64,000 nt of DNA from Candidatus Bathyarchaeia archaeon (lineage in GTDB: Archaea; Thermoproteota; Bathyarchaeia; Bathyarchaeales; Bathycorpusculaceae): contig JBEKSS010000003.1 of the NCBI GenBank assembly GCA_049516875.1, forward strand, positions 64,001 through 128,000, in the 5' to 3' direction. The notes under the pieces are model-generated. The model was not told where the DNA came from and searched no databases. It was given only the letters and a program-made list of their open reading frames with translations. Made by a program: the position numbers and the translations under genes. Below are positions 10,465-20,620 of this stretch, piece by piece (position 1 is the stretch's first letter; each line of letters starts with the position of its first letter).

Positions 10465-11304
10465 GTGTTCAAAAGCGTAGGCTTGGTCGCGCGCTACGAC
10501 AGAAAGAACTCTGTGAAACTAGCAGGTGACCTAGCCGAGCATCTGAAAGCAAGAGGATTGGAGGTATATGTGGAAGACACGTTAGCTGAAAAAATGAACA
10601 CGAAACAAGAAATTATGCCTATAGAAAACATGAAGACTGATTTTATAATCACGATTGGCGGTGATGGAACTATTCTCAGGGCTTGCATTTCACTTCCGAA
10701 GCCAGAGCCGCCAATACTCGCAGTAAACATGGGCGTGAGAGGCTTTCTCACAGAAGTTAGTCCAAAACAAGCTATTGTGGCTGTGGACAAGTGTCTAGCC
10801 GGTGAATTCAAGATTGAAAAGTGCATGAAGCTTGCGATAACTGCAGACGGCGCAAAGTTTCCAGAGGCACTAAATGAAGTTGTTATCTCAGCTGATGAAC
10901 CGGCAAAACTGCTCTACACCCGCATCCTGAGGGACAAAGAGCCAATCATAAACTGCCAATCAGACGGATTAATGGTGGCCACACAGACCGGCTCCACTGG
11001 CTATTCTCTCTCAGCCGGAGGACCTGTCCTGGACCCCAGCGTAGATGCCTTTGTCCTCACGCCCATTTGTCCATTAAGTGTTTTTCATCCAATTGTTTTT
11101 CCAGCCGATTCAGCCCTGACAATCGAGGTCAACAGACCGAGGAGGACCCACATATTGATTGATGGACACAGCTGTCAGCTCGTAAACTGTAGACACCCGG
11201 GTTTGACCGTCACGCGTTCCAAGAACGAGACATCCTTTATAAGATTTAGAGAGAACTTCTACCACCGTTTAAGAAGCAGGCTGCTTTTCAGGGGAATGAA
11301 GTGA
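10465..11304 (+). CDS. nadK: NAD(+) kinase
   Basis: GGDGTIL, ALNEVV, DGLMVATQTGSTGYSLSAGGP. Confidence 0.95.
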   Translation: MFKSVGLVARYDRKNSVKLAGDLAEHLKARGLEVYVEDTLAEKMNTKQEIMPIENMKTDFIITIGGDGTILRACISLPKPEPPILAVNMGVRGFLTEVSPKQAIVAVDKCLAGEFKIEKCMKLAITADGAKFPEALNEVVISADEPAKLLYTRILRDKEPIINCQSDGLMVATQTGSTGYSLSAGGPVLDPSVDAFVLTPICPLSVFHPIVFPADSALTIEVNRPRRTHILIDGHSCQLVNCRHPGLTVTRSKNETSFIRFRENFYHRLRSRLLFRGMK

Positions 11305-11849
11305 AAGACCCGCGGGAAAAAACAGGCAAAAGAGCAATAGTCATAGACACGTCTGCTCTCATTGCTGGTTTTGACCCGTTCGCAATCAACGAAGAACAAT
11401 ACACTGCGCCCAAGGTCAGAGAGGAGATAACAGAAGATACGATGTCCTGGGTTAGATTCAAAACAGCCATAGATAACGGAAAAGTGAAAATCAAAACCCC
11501 AGAAGAAGCCTTCGTAGAGAAGGCTAAAGCATTCGCCTCCGTTGTTGGAAACTCTTTTTTCCTCTCAGAGACAGACCTCCAAGTCCTGGCATTAGCTCTG
11601 GAACTCAAGACAGATGGCTATTCTCCGCTGATTGCTACAGACGATTATTCAATACAGAATGTTGCAAGCGAAATGAACATCGATTTTGCTCCATTGTCCA
11701 CCTTTGGAATTCGTCGCCGACTGCAATGGATACGGTACTGCCCAGCGTGCCACAAGAAATATCCGCCAAACTACAAGTCTATCAGATGCGAAGTCTGCGG
11801 AACAAGAGTGAAGAGAAAACCATTGAAAAAGAACGGTGAGAACCACTAG
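11301..11849 (+). CDS. nob1: NOB1-family PIN endoribonuclease
   Basis: VIDTSALI, LSETDLQVLALA, TDDYSIQNVA, C-terminal CPAC...CEVC zinc ribbon. Confidence 0.92.
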   Translation: MKDPREKTGKRAIVIDTSALIAGFDPFAINEEQYTAPKVREEITEDTMSWVRFKTAIDNGKVKIKTPEEAFVEKAKAFASVVGNSFFLSETDLQVLALALELKTDGYSPLIATDDYSIQNVASEMNIDFAPLSTFGIRRRLQWIRYCPACHKKYPPNYKSIRCEVCGTRVKRKPLKKNGENH

Positions 11850-11914
11850 ATACTACAAAACTATAAAGCAAAGGCCAGAGCCTTATTAACCAAATCAAAC
11901 ACGGGGCAGAACGT

Positions 11915-12490
11915 ATGAGTTCATTTGAGAAGAAGGCTGTCTATTTCAGCAAAGCAGGGGAACAAAACACAGATGCCCTGTTAAGATTCGCAAGAGAATA
12001 CATTGAAGAAGAAGACATAAAAGACGTCATCGTTGCCTCAACGACCGGCAAGACAGGAGCAAAAGCAGCAAAAACATTCAAAGGCCGAAATGTTGTTGTG
12101 GTCACACACAACTTTGGTTTCCAAGAACCCGGAAAGACCGAATTGCAGGAAGAGTACAAGAAGAAAATACTGGCCGACGGTGCAAAAATATTCACAGGCG
12201 TACACGCACTAAGCAGTGCCGAACGTGCAGTGCGAAAGGATTTTGGCACAATCCAACCTTTGGAGCTAATGGCCAACGTTCTCAGACGCTTGGGAGAAGG
12301 AACGAAAGTGTGCATCGAAATCACCATGATGGCCGCGGACGCTGGGCTCATTTCAGCTGACAAAGACGTTGTCGCAATTGCCGGAACAGGAAAAGGAGCA
12401 GACACTGCACTTCGCATACATCCTGCAAACGCTGCAAGATTCTTCGACCTGAAAATAAGGGAAGTAATAGCAAAGCCTGCAGACTTCTGA
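11915..12490 (+). CDS. Pyruvate-kinase C-terminal-like alpha/beta protein (MTH1675-type)
   Basis: IVASTTGKTG, VVVTH, GTKVCIEITMMAADAG, AGTGKGADTA. Confidence 0.85.
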   Translation: MSSFEKKAVYFSKAGEQNTDALLRFAREYIEEEDIKDVIVASTTGKTGAKAAKTFKGRNVVVVTHNFGFQEPGKTELQEEYKKKILADGAKIFTGVHALSSAERAVRKDFGTIQPLELMANVLRRLGEGTKVCIEITMMAADAGLISADKDVVAIAGTGKGADTALRIHPANAARFFDLKIREVIAKPADF

Positions 12491-12569
12491 GAGATACGTT
12501 TGAGAGGCTGAAGAAAACGTTATGAAGCGGTGTTGTTGAAAACTTCCTCCTTGTAGGCAAGAAACAGGG

Positions 12570-12998
12570 TTATACTGCGTCGTTGTCGCGTTTGCTGAAG
12601 TAGGATATGTCAGTGTGTTCAGTGTACCCGCATTTCTCGAACAATGTTTTTGACGCCTTGTTAGGGCCTTCGATTAAGCTGCAGAAGATTTTGAGGCCAT
12701 GGTGTCTAAGGGTTTTTTCAGATTCATCAATCAAAGCCTTTGCCACACCGCGATGCCTGTAGTCTGGGTCAACGGCCAGGCGGTTTATCCATCCTTTCCG
12801 CATGTCACTGCTTAGAACGACCGTTCCGACGAGGCGACCGTCTTCAAAGGCTCCTAGAAAGAAGTCAGGACTGGCCCTTATCTGCTCTGCAACTGACCTT
12901 CTGCTGTCCCTCCCTTTAGGCTTGAAGGGCAGATCAGCTCGAGACCAGAGACTGATGATTCCGTTGTAATCGTCTATTGTCAATCTTCGAATTTGCAT
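12570..12998 (-). CDS. GNAT-family N-acetyltransferase
   Basis: RLAVDPDYRHRGVAKAL acetyl-CoA motif A; N..S..LFEKCGY. Confidence 0.92.
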   Translation of the reverse strand: MQIRRLTIDDYNGIISLWSRADLPFKPKGRDSRRSVAEQIRASPDFFLGAFEDGRLVGTVVLSSDMRKGWINRLAVDPDYRHRGVAKALIDESEKTLRHHGLKIFCSLIEGPNKASKTLFEKCGYTEHTDISYFSKRDNDAV

Positions 12999-13013
12999 TT
13001 GAACACGGAGATG

Positions 13014-14354
13014 TTACTTTTCTTTTTCAACTTCTTTCGTGACGTCTTCAATTATGTCCAGTGCCGAGTCTACAAGATCTCTTGTTATGATAATTGGCGG
13101 CGCGATTCTGATGGTTGAGGCTCCGCACGTAATCACATTGATGCCGCGTTTCCATGAGCGCATCATTATCTCGGTGACTTTCTGAGGGGCTGGCTTCTTG
13201 CTTTCCTTGTCTTCTACGATTTCCATGCCTATCATCAAACCCTTGCCTCTTACATCGCCGACGATTTCGCTTTGCTCTTTCAGTTCGGCAAGTCTCTTCA
13301 GGATATACGAGCCCTGCTTGGTCGCATTCTCAAGAAGCTTCTCTTCCTTCACGACATCTATGACTGCACTCGCGGCCACGCATGACAGTGGGTTACCGCC
13401 GAAAGTGCTTGCGTGTGAGCCTGGAACCCAGTCCATGATTTGGGCTTTGGCAATCGTTGCTCCCAAGGGCAGGCCTGATGCTAACGCTTTCGCGGTGCAC
13501 ACGATGTCTGGTTCAACTCCCCAGTGTTCAATGGCAAACCATTTTCCGGTCCTGCCCATGCCTGATTGCACTTCATCGTCAATGAGCAGCAGACCGTACT
13601 TGTCGGCGAGCTTCTTTATTCGCTGGAAGTATTCTGGAGGAGGCACGACGTATCCGCCTTCACCTTGAATGGACTCGAAAAGTATGGCGGCGGTGTCTTC
13701 AGGAGGAACGTACTTCTGCAGGACATACTCATCGATGAAGTCTACGCACCAGTAGTGACAGTCAGGGTACGTTAGCTTGAAGGGGCAACGGTAACAGTAC
13801 GCGTAGGGCACGTGGGTCACGCCGGGCATGAGCGGGAAGAAGTAACGCTTCTGAGTGGGCTTACTTGCCGTGAAGGATAACGCTCCTATCGTCCGCCCGT
13901 GAAAGGCTCCTGTGAACCCGATGAACAACTGTCTTCGGCTGTGCCACTTCGCAAGCTTTACAGCCGCTTCAACCGCCTCGGCGCCGCTGTTGCCAAAATA
14001 GACTTTTTTCTCAGAACCCCCGGGCGTAATTTGAGCCAATTTCTCCGCGAGGTCAACCACCTCTCTGTAGTAAAAGTCTGTGTTCGAATAGTGCAGGAAG
14101 CGGTCACACTGATTCTTTATGGCTGCAACGACTTTTGGATGATTGTGGCCCACGCCCATGCACACAAGGCCTGAGTTGAAGTCTATGTACTCGTTTCCGT
14201 CAACATCCTTCACGATGCAGCCTTTACCAGATTCAACGACGAGAGGATAAAACCGACCGTAAGAAGGCGAAATGAACTTCTCGTCTTTCCTAACAAGCTC
14301 TCTTGCCTTCGGACCTGGGGGAGCAACAACTATCTTGGGGTAATCGGCCATCAC
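13014..14354 (-). CDS. Class III PLP aminotransferase (acetylornithine/4-aminobutyrate family)
   Basis: NSGAEAVE, FHGRT, DEVQSGMGRTG, AKALASG PLP lysine, TFGGNP. Confidence 0.93.
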   Translation of the reverse strand: MMADYPKIVVAPPGPKARELVRKDEKFISPSYGRFYPLVVESGKGCIVKDVDGNEYIDFNSGLVCMGVGHNHPKVVAAIKNQCDRFLHYSNTDFYYREVVDLAEKLAQITPGGSEKKVYFGNSGAEAVEAAVKLAKWHSRRQLFIGFTGAFHGRTIGALSFTASKPTQKRYFFPLMPGVTHVPYAYCYRCPFKLTYPDCHYWCVDFIDEYVLQKYVPPEDTAAILFESIQGEGGYVVPPPEYFQRIKKLADKYGLLLIDDEVQSGMGRTGKWFAIEHWGVEPDIVCTAKALASGLPLGATIAKAQIMDWVPGSHASTFGGNPLSCVAASAVIDVVKEEKLLENATKQGSYILKRLAELKEQSEIVGDVRGKGLMIGMEIVEDKESKKPAPQKVTEIMMRSWKRGINVITCGASTIRIAPPIIITRDLVDSALDIIEDVTKEVEKEK

Positions 14355-14500
14355 GCATCACCAGCTGAGAGCTAAACGATTAGAAAAGAGGTTTTATATA
14401 GCTATCGATGCTCCTGCCTTGAAAAAGAAACGTTAAGGGTAAACAGTCAATACTGACTAGTCAGACAGGCCGATTAGCGTCTGCGGAAAAGAGAAGCAGT

Positions 14501-14857
14501 CTACTGCTTGATTACGGATATTTCGATGGCTGAAACCTTTGACTTCTGCCCCTGCTCTCTGTCGACTTCCTCAGTGGACAGGCTTATGCCTTCCAGTTGC
14601 ACGCCCTTTGCAAATGAGCGTCTTAGCACTTCAATAGTGTCCACGGCTCTTGGGATTGCGCGCCCTCTGGCTTTGACAACAATCTTGTTTGCGCCAGAGT
14701 TGAGGTGCATCATGCAGGCAAGCACGTAGTTCATAACTGGCTTGCTTCCAACGAACACGACGCTCCCACCAACTTGCGAGACGTTCGGTTGAACAGTTCG
14801 CGGGGCTCTTTTTGCTCTCTCTTTTCGCTCAGGCTTCTTGGACTTTTCCTCAGTCAT
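14501..14857 (-). CDS. albA: DNA/RNA-binding protein Alba
   Basis: VFVGSKPVMNYVLA, KARGRAIPRAVD, VSAIEI; basic N-terminal extension. Confidence 0.93.
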   Translation of the reverse strand: MTEEKSKKPERKERAKRAPRTVQPNVSQVGGSVVFVGSKPVMNYVLACMMHLNSGANKIVVKARGRAIPRAVDTIEVLRRSFAKGVQLEGISLSTEEVDREQGQKSKVSAIEISVIKQ

Positions 14858-14928
14858 TTCAATCTCCTCTTTTTCAGTTGACTATCGGTGGTTCGCATCG
14901 TAAGGCAGTCTATGTAATGAACTCTGCC

Positions 14929-15864
14929 TTATATTTTTCCGTACAGTGCCTGATCAGACACACTGTTTCCGGCAAGTTTGCGGTAATGTTCCCAGTCTTC
15001 GCCCAGCCATTTCTGGATCCTTTCAACATCCTCTTCGGACAAACCGCGGAACCTGCCCTGCAGGCCAAAGTATTCCTTGACGGGCTTGCGCTTGGACTTG
15101 TCGACGAGGCGGTCGCTTGGAGAGTTGAGCCTGAACTTTCCGTCTTCAATCTCGTAAAGAACCCACATGCCAGTCTGCACTGCAAGGCGGCCCAGTTCTA
15201 CGGTTTTGCTCGTGTCGTACCGCCATCCAGTTGGACAGGGTGCCAAAAGATGAATGTACTTCGTGCCCTTGATGCCCTTGGCCTTTCTCAGCTTGTTTAC
15301 AAAGTCCATCGGGTAGGACGTGCAGGCCGTGGCAACGTAGGGTATTCTGTGTGCAGCCATTATCAAGGGCATGTCTTTCTTGCGTTCCCTCTTGCCAGAG
15401 GGTGTGGTGGTGGTCCACGCGCCGTACGGTGTTGCCCCGCTTCGTTGCATTCCAGTGTTGCCGTAGGCTTCGTTGTCGTAGCAGACGTATATGAAGTTGG
15501 TTTCTCTTTCAGCCGCTCCAGATAGGGCTTGAATTCCTATGTCAACAGTCCCGCCGTCTCCTGCCCAGCCGACGACGGTTATGTCCGCGAGTTTTCTCTG
15601 GCGGAGAGCTGCAGTGATTCCTGACGCAGCGGCGCCTGTGGACTCGAACAGTATGTTTTGAACGGGAACAGCGGAAGAAGTGTAGGGGTATGGCCCCTGG
15701 ATCACGGTTGTGCAGCAGGCGGGTACAACCATGATTATCTTGTTTCCCAACGCTTTGAAAAGCAGCCGAAGGGAAATGGCTGGGCCGCAGCCCGCGCAGG
15801 CAGCGTGCCCCTTGAGTAGGTATTCCTCTTTTGGAAGTTCTTTCACGGTCACCATTTTGTTCAC
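14929..15864 (-). CDS. porB: Pyruvate/2-oxoacid:ferredoxin oxidoreductase beta subunit
   Basis: HAACAGCG, GDGG TPP motif, DNEAYGNTG, CPTGW. Confidence 0.93.
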   Translation of the reverse strand: MNKMVTVKELPKEEYLLKGHAACAGCGPAISLRLLFKALGNKIIMVVPACCTTVIQGPYPYTSSAVPVQNILFESTGAAASGITAALRQRKLADITVVGWAGDGGTVDIGIQALSGAAERETNFIYVCYDNEAYGNTGMQRSGATPYGAWTTTTPSGKRERKKDMPLIMAAHRIPYVATACTSYPMDFVNKLRKAKGIKGTKYIHLLAPCPTGWRYDTSKTVELGRLAVQTGMWVLYEIEDGKFRLNSPSDRLVDKSKRKPVKEYFGLQGRFRGLSEEDVERIQKWLGEDWEHYRKLAGNSVSDQALYGKI

Positions 15865-17039
15865 TCTCGTAGGTCAACCCACTCGGTCTCTTTTTCCACC
15901 TTGCCCTCCTTCATGCATTTCAGCGACTTCTTGGCTACCTTTTCAATTGTTTCAGAGGTCACGTCTCTTCCTCCAAGCCCAGCGATAAAGCCTGCGATCA
16001 AGGGCCGGTCTTTCTGGTTGAAGAGGGAGGCTTTGGTTTCTGAGGCTAGAAATCCTTCCATGCCGAAGGAAATGTGGCGGTCTATCGTTGCGAGTATGTG
16101 GGTGTTTTCTGCAAGCTTCATTATTTCTTCAACTGGGAAGGGACGGTACACGCGGACTCTCGCTGACCCTACTTTTTGTCCTTCCTTGCGCAGCTTGTCC
16201 ACGGCAAGTTTGGCTTCGCTTCCCATAGTTCCCATCGTGACCATTATCAGGTCTGCATCCTCGCACTTGTATTTCTCAACGAGCCCTCCGTATTCGGAGC
16301 CGAAGCGTTTACCATACTCCTTGTCGATTTGTGGGATGAGTCTCTTCGCGTTATCCATTGCCTCCTGAATCATGTAGCGAAACTCCATGTACCATTCAGG
16401 CGAAACCAGGTTTGCGTGGGAGCAAGGACGGTCAATGTCTAAGGTCCAACCAGACTTGTATGCTGGCAGATAGGCATCGATTTTTTCTTGATCAGGAATC
16501 TTCGCAGGGGTGTAAGTGTGTGACAGGATGAAGCCTTCAAGGCACACCATCGCAGGGAGAAAAACCCGTTCATCCTCACAGAGTTTGTAGGCTTGAATTA
16601 TAGTGTCGAAAACCTCTTGGTTGTCAGCGCAGTAGAACTGGATCCATCCAGTGTCCCGCTGGGAAAGCGAATCGCTTAGGTCTGGCCATATGCTCCAGGG
16701 CGCTCCCATAGCTCGGTTGACAACGGCCATTACTATCGGCAAGCGTGAGCCAGCCGCCCAGTGCAAGGCTTCATGCATGAGGGCCAAACCGTGCGCGGAT
16801 GTCGCAGTGAACGTTCTGACCCCGGTAGCGGCGGCACCTATGCAGGCTACCATCGCGCTGTGCTCTGATTCCACGCGGATGAATTCTGCATCCATCTCTC
16901 GGTTTTCAACAAACTCGGCGATTTTTTCAACGATGGTTGTCTGAGGAGTAATCGGGTAGGCCGCAACGACTTTCACCCGTGCTGCTCTTGCGGCGTAGCC
17001 GGCAATGTGATTTGCCGTGTCAATAATCGTCTGCCCCAT
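15861..17039 (-). CDS. porA: Pyruvate/2-oxoacid:ferredoxin oxidoreductase alpha subunit
   Basis: AYPITPQT, VESEHSA, GLGGRD. Confidence 0.93.
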   Translation of the reverse strand: MGQTIIDTANHIAGYAARAARVKVVAAYPITPQTTIVEKIAEFVENREMDAEFIRVESEHSAMVACIGAAATGVRTFTATSAHGLALMHEALHWAAGSRLPIVMAVVNRAMGAPWSIWPDLSDSLSQRDTGWIQFYCADNQEVFDTIIQAYKLCEDERVFLPAMVCLEGFILSHTYTPAKIPDQEKIDAYLPAYKSGWTLDIDRPCSHANLVSPEWYMEFRYMIQEAMDNAKRLIPQIDKEYGKRFGSEYGGLVEKYKCEDADLIMVTMGTMGSEAKLAVDKLRKEGQKVGSARVRVYRPFPVEEIMKLAENTHILATIDRHISFGMEGFLASETKASLFNQKDRPLIAGFIAGLGGRDVTSETIEKVAKKSLKCMKEGKVEKETEWVDLRE

Positions 17040-17324
17040 CTATTCTTCCTCCCTCTTCATCGTTATTGCCTTGGTCGGACACTCGTTGGCGCATATTCCG
17101 CAGCCTTTGCAGTAGTCATAATCTATCTTCGGAGAATCATCTTCCTCTCTTGTTATTGCTGCGTCAGGGCAGTAAACCCAGCACAGAGTGCACCGTGTAC
17201 ATCTAGAGTAGTCAATCTCAGGGCGGAAAGTTCTCCAAGACCCCGTTTTTCCCATGCTTCCAACCGTCGGGAAAGACAGCGGGGTGACCGGAAGCTCTTT
17301 ACGTTTCTTCGGAACTGCAGTCAT
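17040..17324 (-). CDS. porD: 2-oxoacid:ferredoxin oxidoreductase delta subunit, 2x[4Fe-4S]
   Basis: TGSWRTFRP plus two CxxCxxCxxxCP motifs. Confidence 0.94.
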   Translation of the reverse strand: MTAVPKKRKELPVTPLSFPTVGSMGKTGSWRTFRPEIDYSRCTRCTLCWVYCPDAAITREEDDSPKIDYDYCKGCGICANECPTKAITMKREEE

Positions 17325-17893
17325 CAGGCCTCACCGTCCCACCATTTAGTCAACCGTTCATAGGCCAGCTCCGTTGCTCTAGAGTTCTTCTCGCCAGCAC
17401 CGCCAGACCACGTTTCCCTTACGGCTTTCAGGACGCTTTCAAGTTTTACCTCGCCGGTGGCCTTGGCGAAGGCTCCCAGAATCGACGTGTTAACGACAGG
17501 AAGGCCGGCCACGAGCAGGTTTAGCTCCAATGCGATTCCGGTTGCATCAATTGTTGCCACACGCCAGCCTTTCAACCCAATTTCTTCAGGCTTTTTCTTG
17601 GTGTTGATGACGATGATCCCGTCCTTCTTCAAACCTTCTGCAACGTCTACAACCTTGTAAATGTAAGGGTCAAGCACTATGACATAATCGGGAGTGTAAA
17701 CTTGACTGTGAACGAACATCGGTTCATCGCTTATCCGTGCGAAGGCCTTAACTGGGGCTCCTCGCCGCTCCGCTCCAAAATACGGGAAAGCTTGCACGCA
17801 TTTGCCTTCAAAGAAAGCAGCATGGGCCAAAACTTCAGCGGCAGTGACGCTTCCCTGTCCACCACGACCGTGGATCCTTATTTCTTTAATCAC
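17324..17893 (-). CDS. porG: 2-oxoacid:ferredoxin oxidoreductase gamma subunit
   Basis: EIRIHGRGGQG, FGAERRGAPV. Confidence 0.94.
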   Translation of the reverse strand: MIKEIRIHGRGGQGSVTAAEVLAHAAFFEGKCVQAFPYFGAERRGAPVKAFARISDEPMFVHSQVYTPDYVIVLDPYIYKVVDVAEGLKKDGIIVINTKKKPEEIGLKGWRVATIDATGIALELNLLVAGLPVVNTSILGAFAKATGEVKLESVLKAVRETWSGGAGEKNSRATELAYERLTKWWDGEA

Positions 17894-17953
17894 TGCTTCA
17901 ACCCTTCTAGTCAGAAATTGAAAATGGAAAACTTCGAACTTATTAGTGTTAGC

Positions 17954-19822
17954 TCAAACAAACAACAAAAGCAACATCAGAAGCAGCCCACTGGTCCCGA
18001 AGACAGGAAGAATCGCCCTTTTAGCTCTTTGAATCACCTTGTCTATCAAAAGGCACAACGCTTCAAGCTGTTTGGCTCCAATAACCTTGACGTTGGGAAC
18101 CGTTATGCTACGACATGAAACTCCTACCCTTTCCGACCTGGTTAATGCGTTGACCGTTGCCTCTTTGAGGTAGCTGATTAATTTTTCGTTTTCGATAGCC
18201 TCGCCGATAGGGTGATAGCCATGCTCGGTCAGTATTAAGGCGCTAACTGCATGTGTGTCAGTTGTGAAGACCTCGCCTTCGTCAATGCCTATAGAAAGCA
18301 GTGATGAAAGGATTCGTTCACGCAGTCCAGAAACCATGTTGTTGCCATCGATGACCACGTAGGCAGCCTTCTGCTGGCCGCTTTTGACCACGGTGACAGT
18401 GATGCCGCCAGATCCCATCCCGTCTTCAAGGCTGAACTCTTTCGGCAATACAGTGGCAACACCGACTTCAAACGGTGATTGCTTGAGCGACAGCGCTTTG
18501 TCCAGACATTTGGTTGCAACGTCTTGGAGCGAAGCCAGAGACCCCTGCATTTCCGCTGTTCCGTCGATACTGTTGTGGGCGTTCACAACTGCGCAGAGAT
18601 GCAGACCGCGTTTCTCTGCTTCTTCGCGCACAAATCGGCCTAACTCCTGCGGCAAATCCTCGATCGTCTTTGGCGCAAGGGTGAATGATATGAATGCAGA
18701 TTTTCCGAAAACCTGGCAGCAAGCCGTAGCCAAACCGTTACTAACCGTGACAAATGGAGAAGCATTCTCATCGTGAACTTCCAAATCTCTGAGGCATGCC
18801 TCAACGTCAGCGATGACCTTCTTGTTCTGAAGCTGAGAGGCCAAATCGTATTCATGGCCAAACAGTCCGTGAGGGACGCAGACCACGCACTTGAACTCCT
18901 TTTCCAAGTCAGCCTTAAGCATGGCGGGCAAGAGGCTGCTTCCAATGTTCTTGAAGGGCCCAGGGTGCACGGAAGGAACAACCACGACCGCCTTTGTTCC
19001 TGAAGCACCGAACTTCATCAAAGAAACTTCAACTTCCTGTTCTTCACCCAGCTTTTCAAGAAGTTCTTCAAACGGTGCATTCAGGTTCGACACCCAGTTA
19101 AGCATGAAGGCTCTGAAAAGCTCTACGGATCGAAGCCCGACCGCTTGCTTGCCCATCTGGTTTAGAAGAAATAGAAAACTGAGACTCGCAGCAAAACCTA
19201 TCACGACTGAAGAGATGAAGAACGCAAGCATGTTGACCGAGACAGAATAATCTATTCTTGCCCAGAAAATCAGAAAGGGAACGACGCTTAGAAAGGGTTG
19301 AAGAAGAGAGGCTGCGAACAGTCTTTTATGAGTCGTTGAAGAAGCTGCGTTGAAGACTGTGAAACGAAGAATCAGTGTTGCCGAGAATCCTAGGAGACTA
19401 AGCCTTATCCACCATTTCAGAACAGATGTTGCTGCACCCACAGCCGCACCTATGAAAATGAAGAACAGCCACACCGCCCAACAGAAAATCGAAAGCGCCA
19501 TTGTTCTTCTTAAATCAAAGACTGCGTCTCCTTTCAGGACAAGTACGCTGATGATATAATCAGCAACCAGGCTTGTCAAGAAAAGGCCGAGACCCAAGAG
19601 AAATCCGTTCTCCAGTCCATTAAGGCTGGGAAAAAGAATCATTGTTGAAAGCACACCGCCTCCAACACAGAAAAGCAAAAGCAACAGCGGCACTTTGTGC
19701 GCCGAGGGCAACTTGAACAATGATGAATAACGTTTAACCGCAATATCCATGGACTGTTTCAGCGAATCTTCAGCTGCCACACCGAATTCCTCTACGGAGA
19801 CCTTCGTAAGAGAATAATCCAA
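17954..19822 (-). CDS. DUF2070-family membrane protein
   Basis: N-terminal TM bundle, HPGPFKNIGSS, NAHNS, DGNNM, TTDTH motifs. Confidence 0.88.
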   Translation of the reverse strand: MDYSLTKVSVEEFGVAAEDSLKQSMDIAVKRYSSLFKLPSAHKVPLLLLLFCVGGGVLSTMILFPSLNGLENGFLLGLGLFLTSLVADYIISVLVLKGDAVFDLRRTMALSIFCWAVWLFFIFIGAAVGAATSVLKWWIRLSLLGFSATLILRFTVFNAASSTTHKRLFAASLLQPFLSVVPFLIFWARIDYSVSVNMLAFFISSVVIGFAASLSFLFLLNQMGKQAVGLRSVELFRAFMLNWVSNLNAPFEELLEKLGEEQEVEVSLMKFGASGTKAVVVVPSVHPGPFKNIGSSLLPAMLKADLEKEFKCVVCVPHGLFGHEYDLASQLQNKKVIADVEACLRDLEVHDENASPFVTVSNGLATACCQVFGKSAFISFTLAPKTIEDLPQELGRFVREEAEKRGLHLCAVVNAHNSIDGTAEMQGSLASLQDVATKCLDKALSLKQSPFEVGVATVLPKEFSLEDGMGSGGITVTVVKSGQQKAAYVVIDGNNMVSGLRERILSSLLSIGIDEGEVFTTDTHAVSALILTEHGYHPIGEAIENEKLISYLKEATVNALTRSERVGVSCRSITVPNVKVIGAKQLEALCLLIDKVIQRAKRAILPVFGTSGLLLMLLLLFV

Positions 19823-20032
19823 GCATATTAAACTGTCGCGAAATCGAGTTTACAAACCATGGAAGGGAAACACCGCTCAAACGATTGTTGCGCGGGTTAG
19901 ATGATAGCTTCGACATGAATTTGGCAGAAGGAAGCGGGGTCCAGGGCAATCGGCAATGGTACCGAAACAGCGCATATTTATAGGGGAACTGTTTTATTGT
20001 TTAAGCGTCTATTACAGGGTTTTGCGAAAACA

Positions 20033-20320
20033 ATGCCAGAGCAAGACTTGCCCTTAACTATATTCCACATGCTTGAAAAGAACGTAGGGAACCAGATACG
20101 CGTGATACTGGATCCATCCTACGGTTTTGAGGGCACGCTAGCTGCCGTCACCCGTGAACCCGCTGGGATATGGCTTTCGGACGCGGAGGCAGTCATCCTG
20201 CGCGCAACTATCGCTCAGCCTATACCACAGGTCGCAAGCCGAGAGGAGAGAAGTGAGATATTCGTACACCTTAATTCTGTGCAACGAATAGAAGTCATAC
20301 ACGCGCCTTCCCATCGCTGA
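20033..20320 (+). CDS. Putative divergent Sm/Lsm-fold protein
   Basis: LEKNVGNQIRVIL...FEGTL...IWLSDAE (Sm1-like) and IFVHLNSVQRIEV (Sm2-like); ATG at 20033. Confidence 0.55.
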   Translation: MPEQDLPLTIFHMLEKNVGNQIRVILDPSYGFEGTLAAVTREPAGIWLSDAEAVILRATIAQPIPQVASREERSEIFVHLNSVQRIEVIHAPSHR

Positions 20321-20329
20321 GAAGCCTAT

Positions 20330-20500
20330 CTAGAAGAACGCGTGAGCTAAAGCTGCGACGATTATCAATGCGATTGCTAGAATGATTAGGAGTTCTGGTC
20401 TAACCTTGACTCCCTCAGTTTCCTCTTCAAAGAACCTGAGCAACCCTGCGCTTGCAGCGGGCATCGGTGATTTTTTCTCCTTTTTCTTCTTGGTGCTCAC
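20330..20500 (-). CDS. secG: Protein translocase subunit Sec61-beta/SecG
   Basis: Not in ORF track (56 aa); manual translation MSTKKKKEKKSPMPAASAGLLRFFEEETEGVKVRPELLIILAIALIIVAALAHAFF with SAGLLRFF motif and C-terminal TM. Confidence 0.92.
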   Translation of the reverse strand: MSTKKKKEKKSPMPAASAGLLRFFEEETEGVKVRPELLIILAIALIIVAALAHAFF

Positions 20501-20620
20501 GAGTAACCCTTCTTGTGTTTGTCATTCAAGTTGTGTTATTTCTCCATTATTAATGTTGCGTCGGTTCAAAGAGTTTTTATTTCTGAAGAGGGAATAATGA
20601 GGTGCAAAAAAGGTGTTGGA

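Noticed and set aside
14812-15525. Long antisense ORFs (this one, 550-1242, 25035-25742 and others)
   Set aside because: They shadow well-supported genes on the opposite strand and lack motifs
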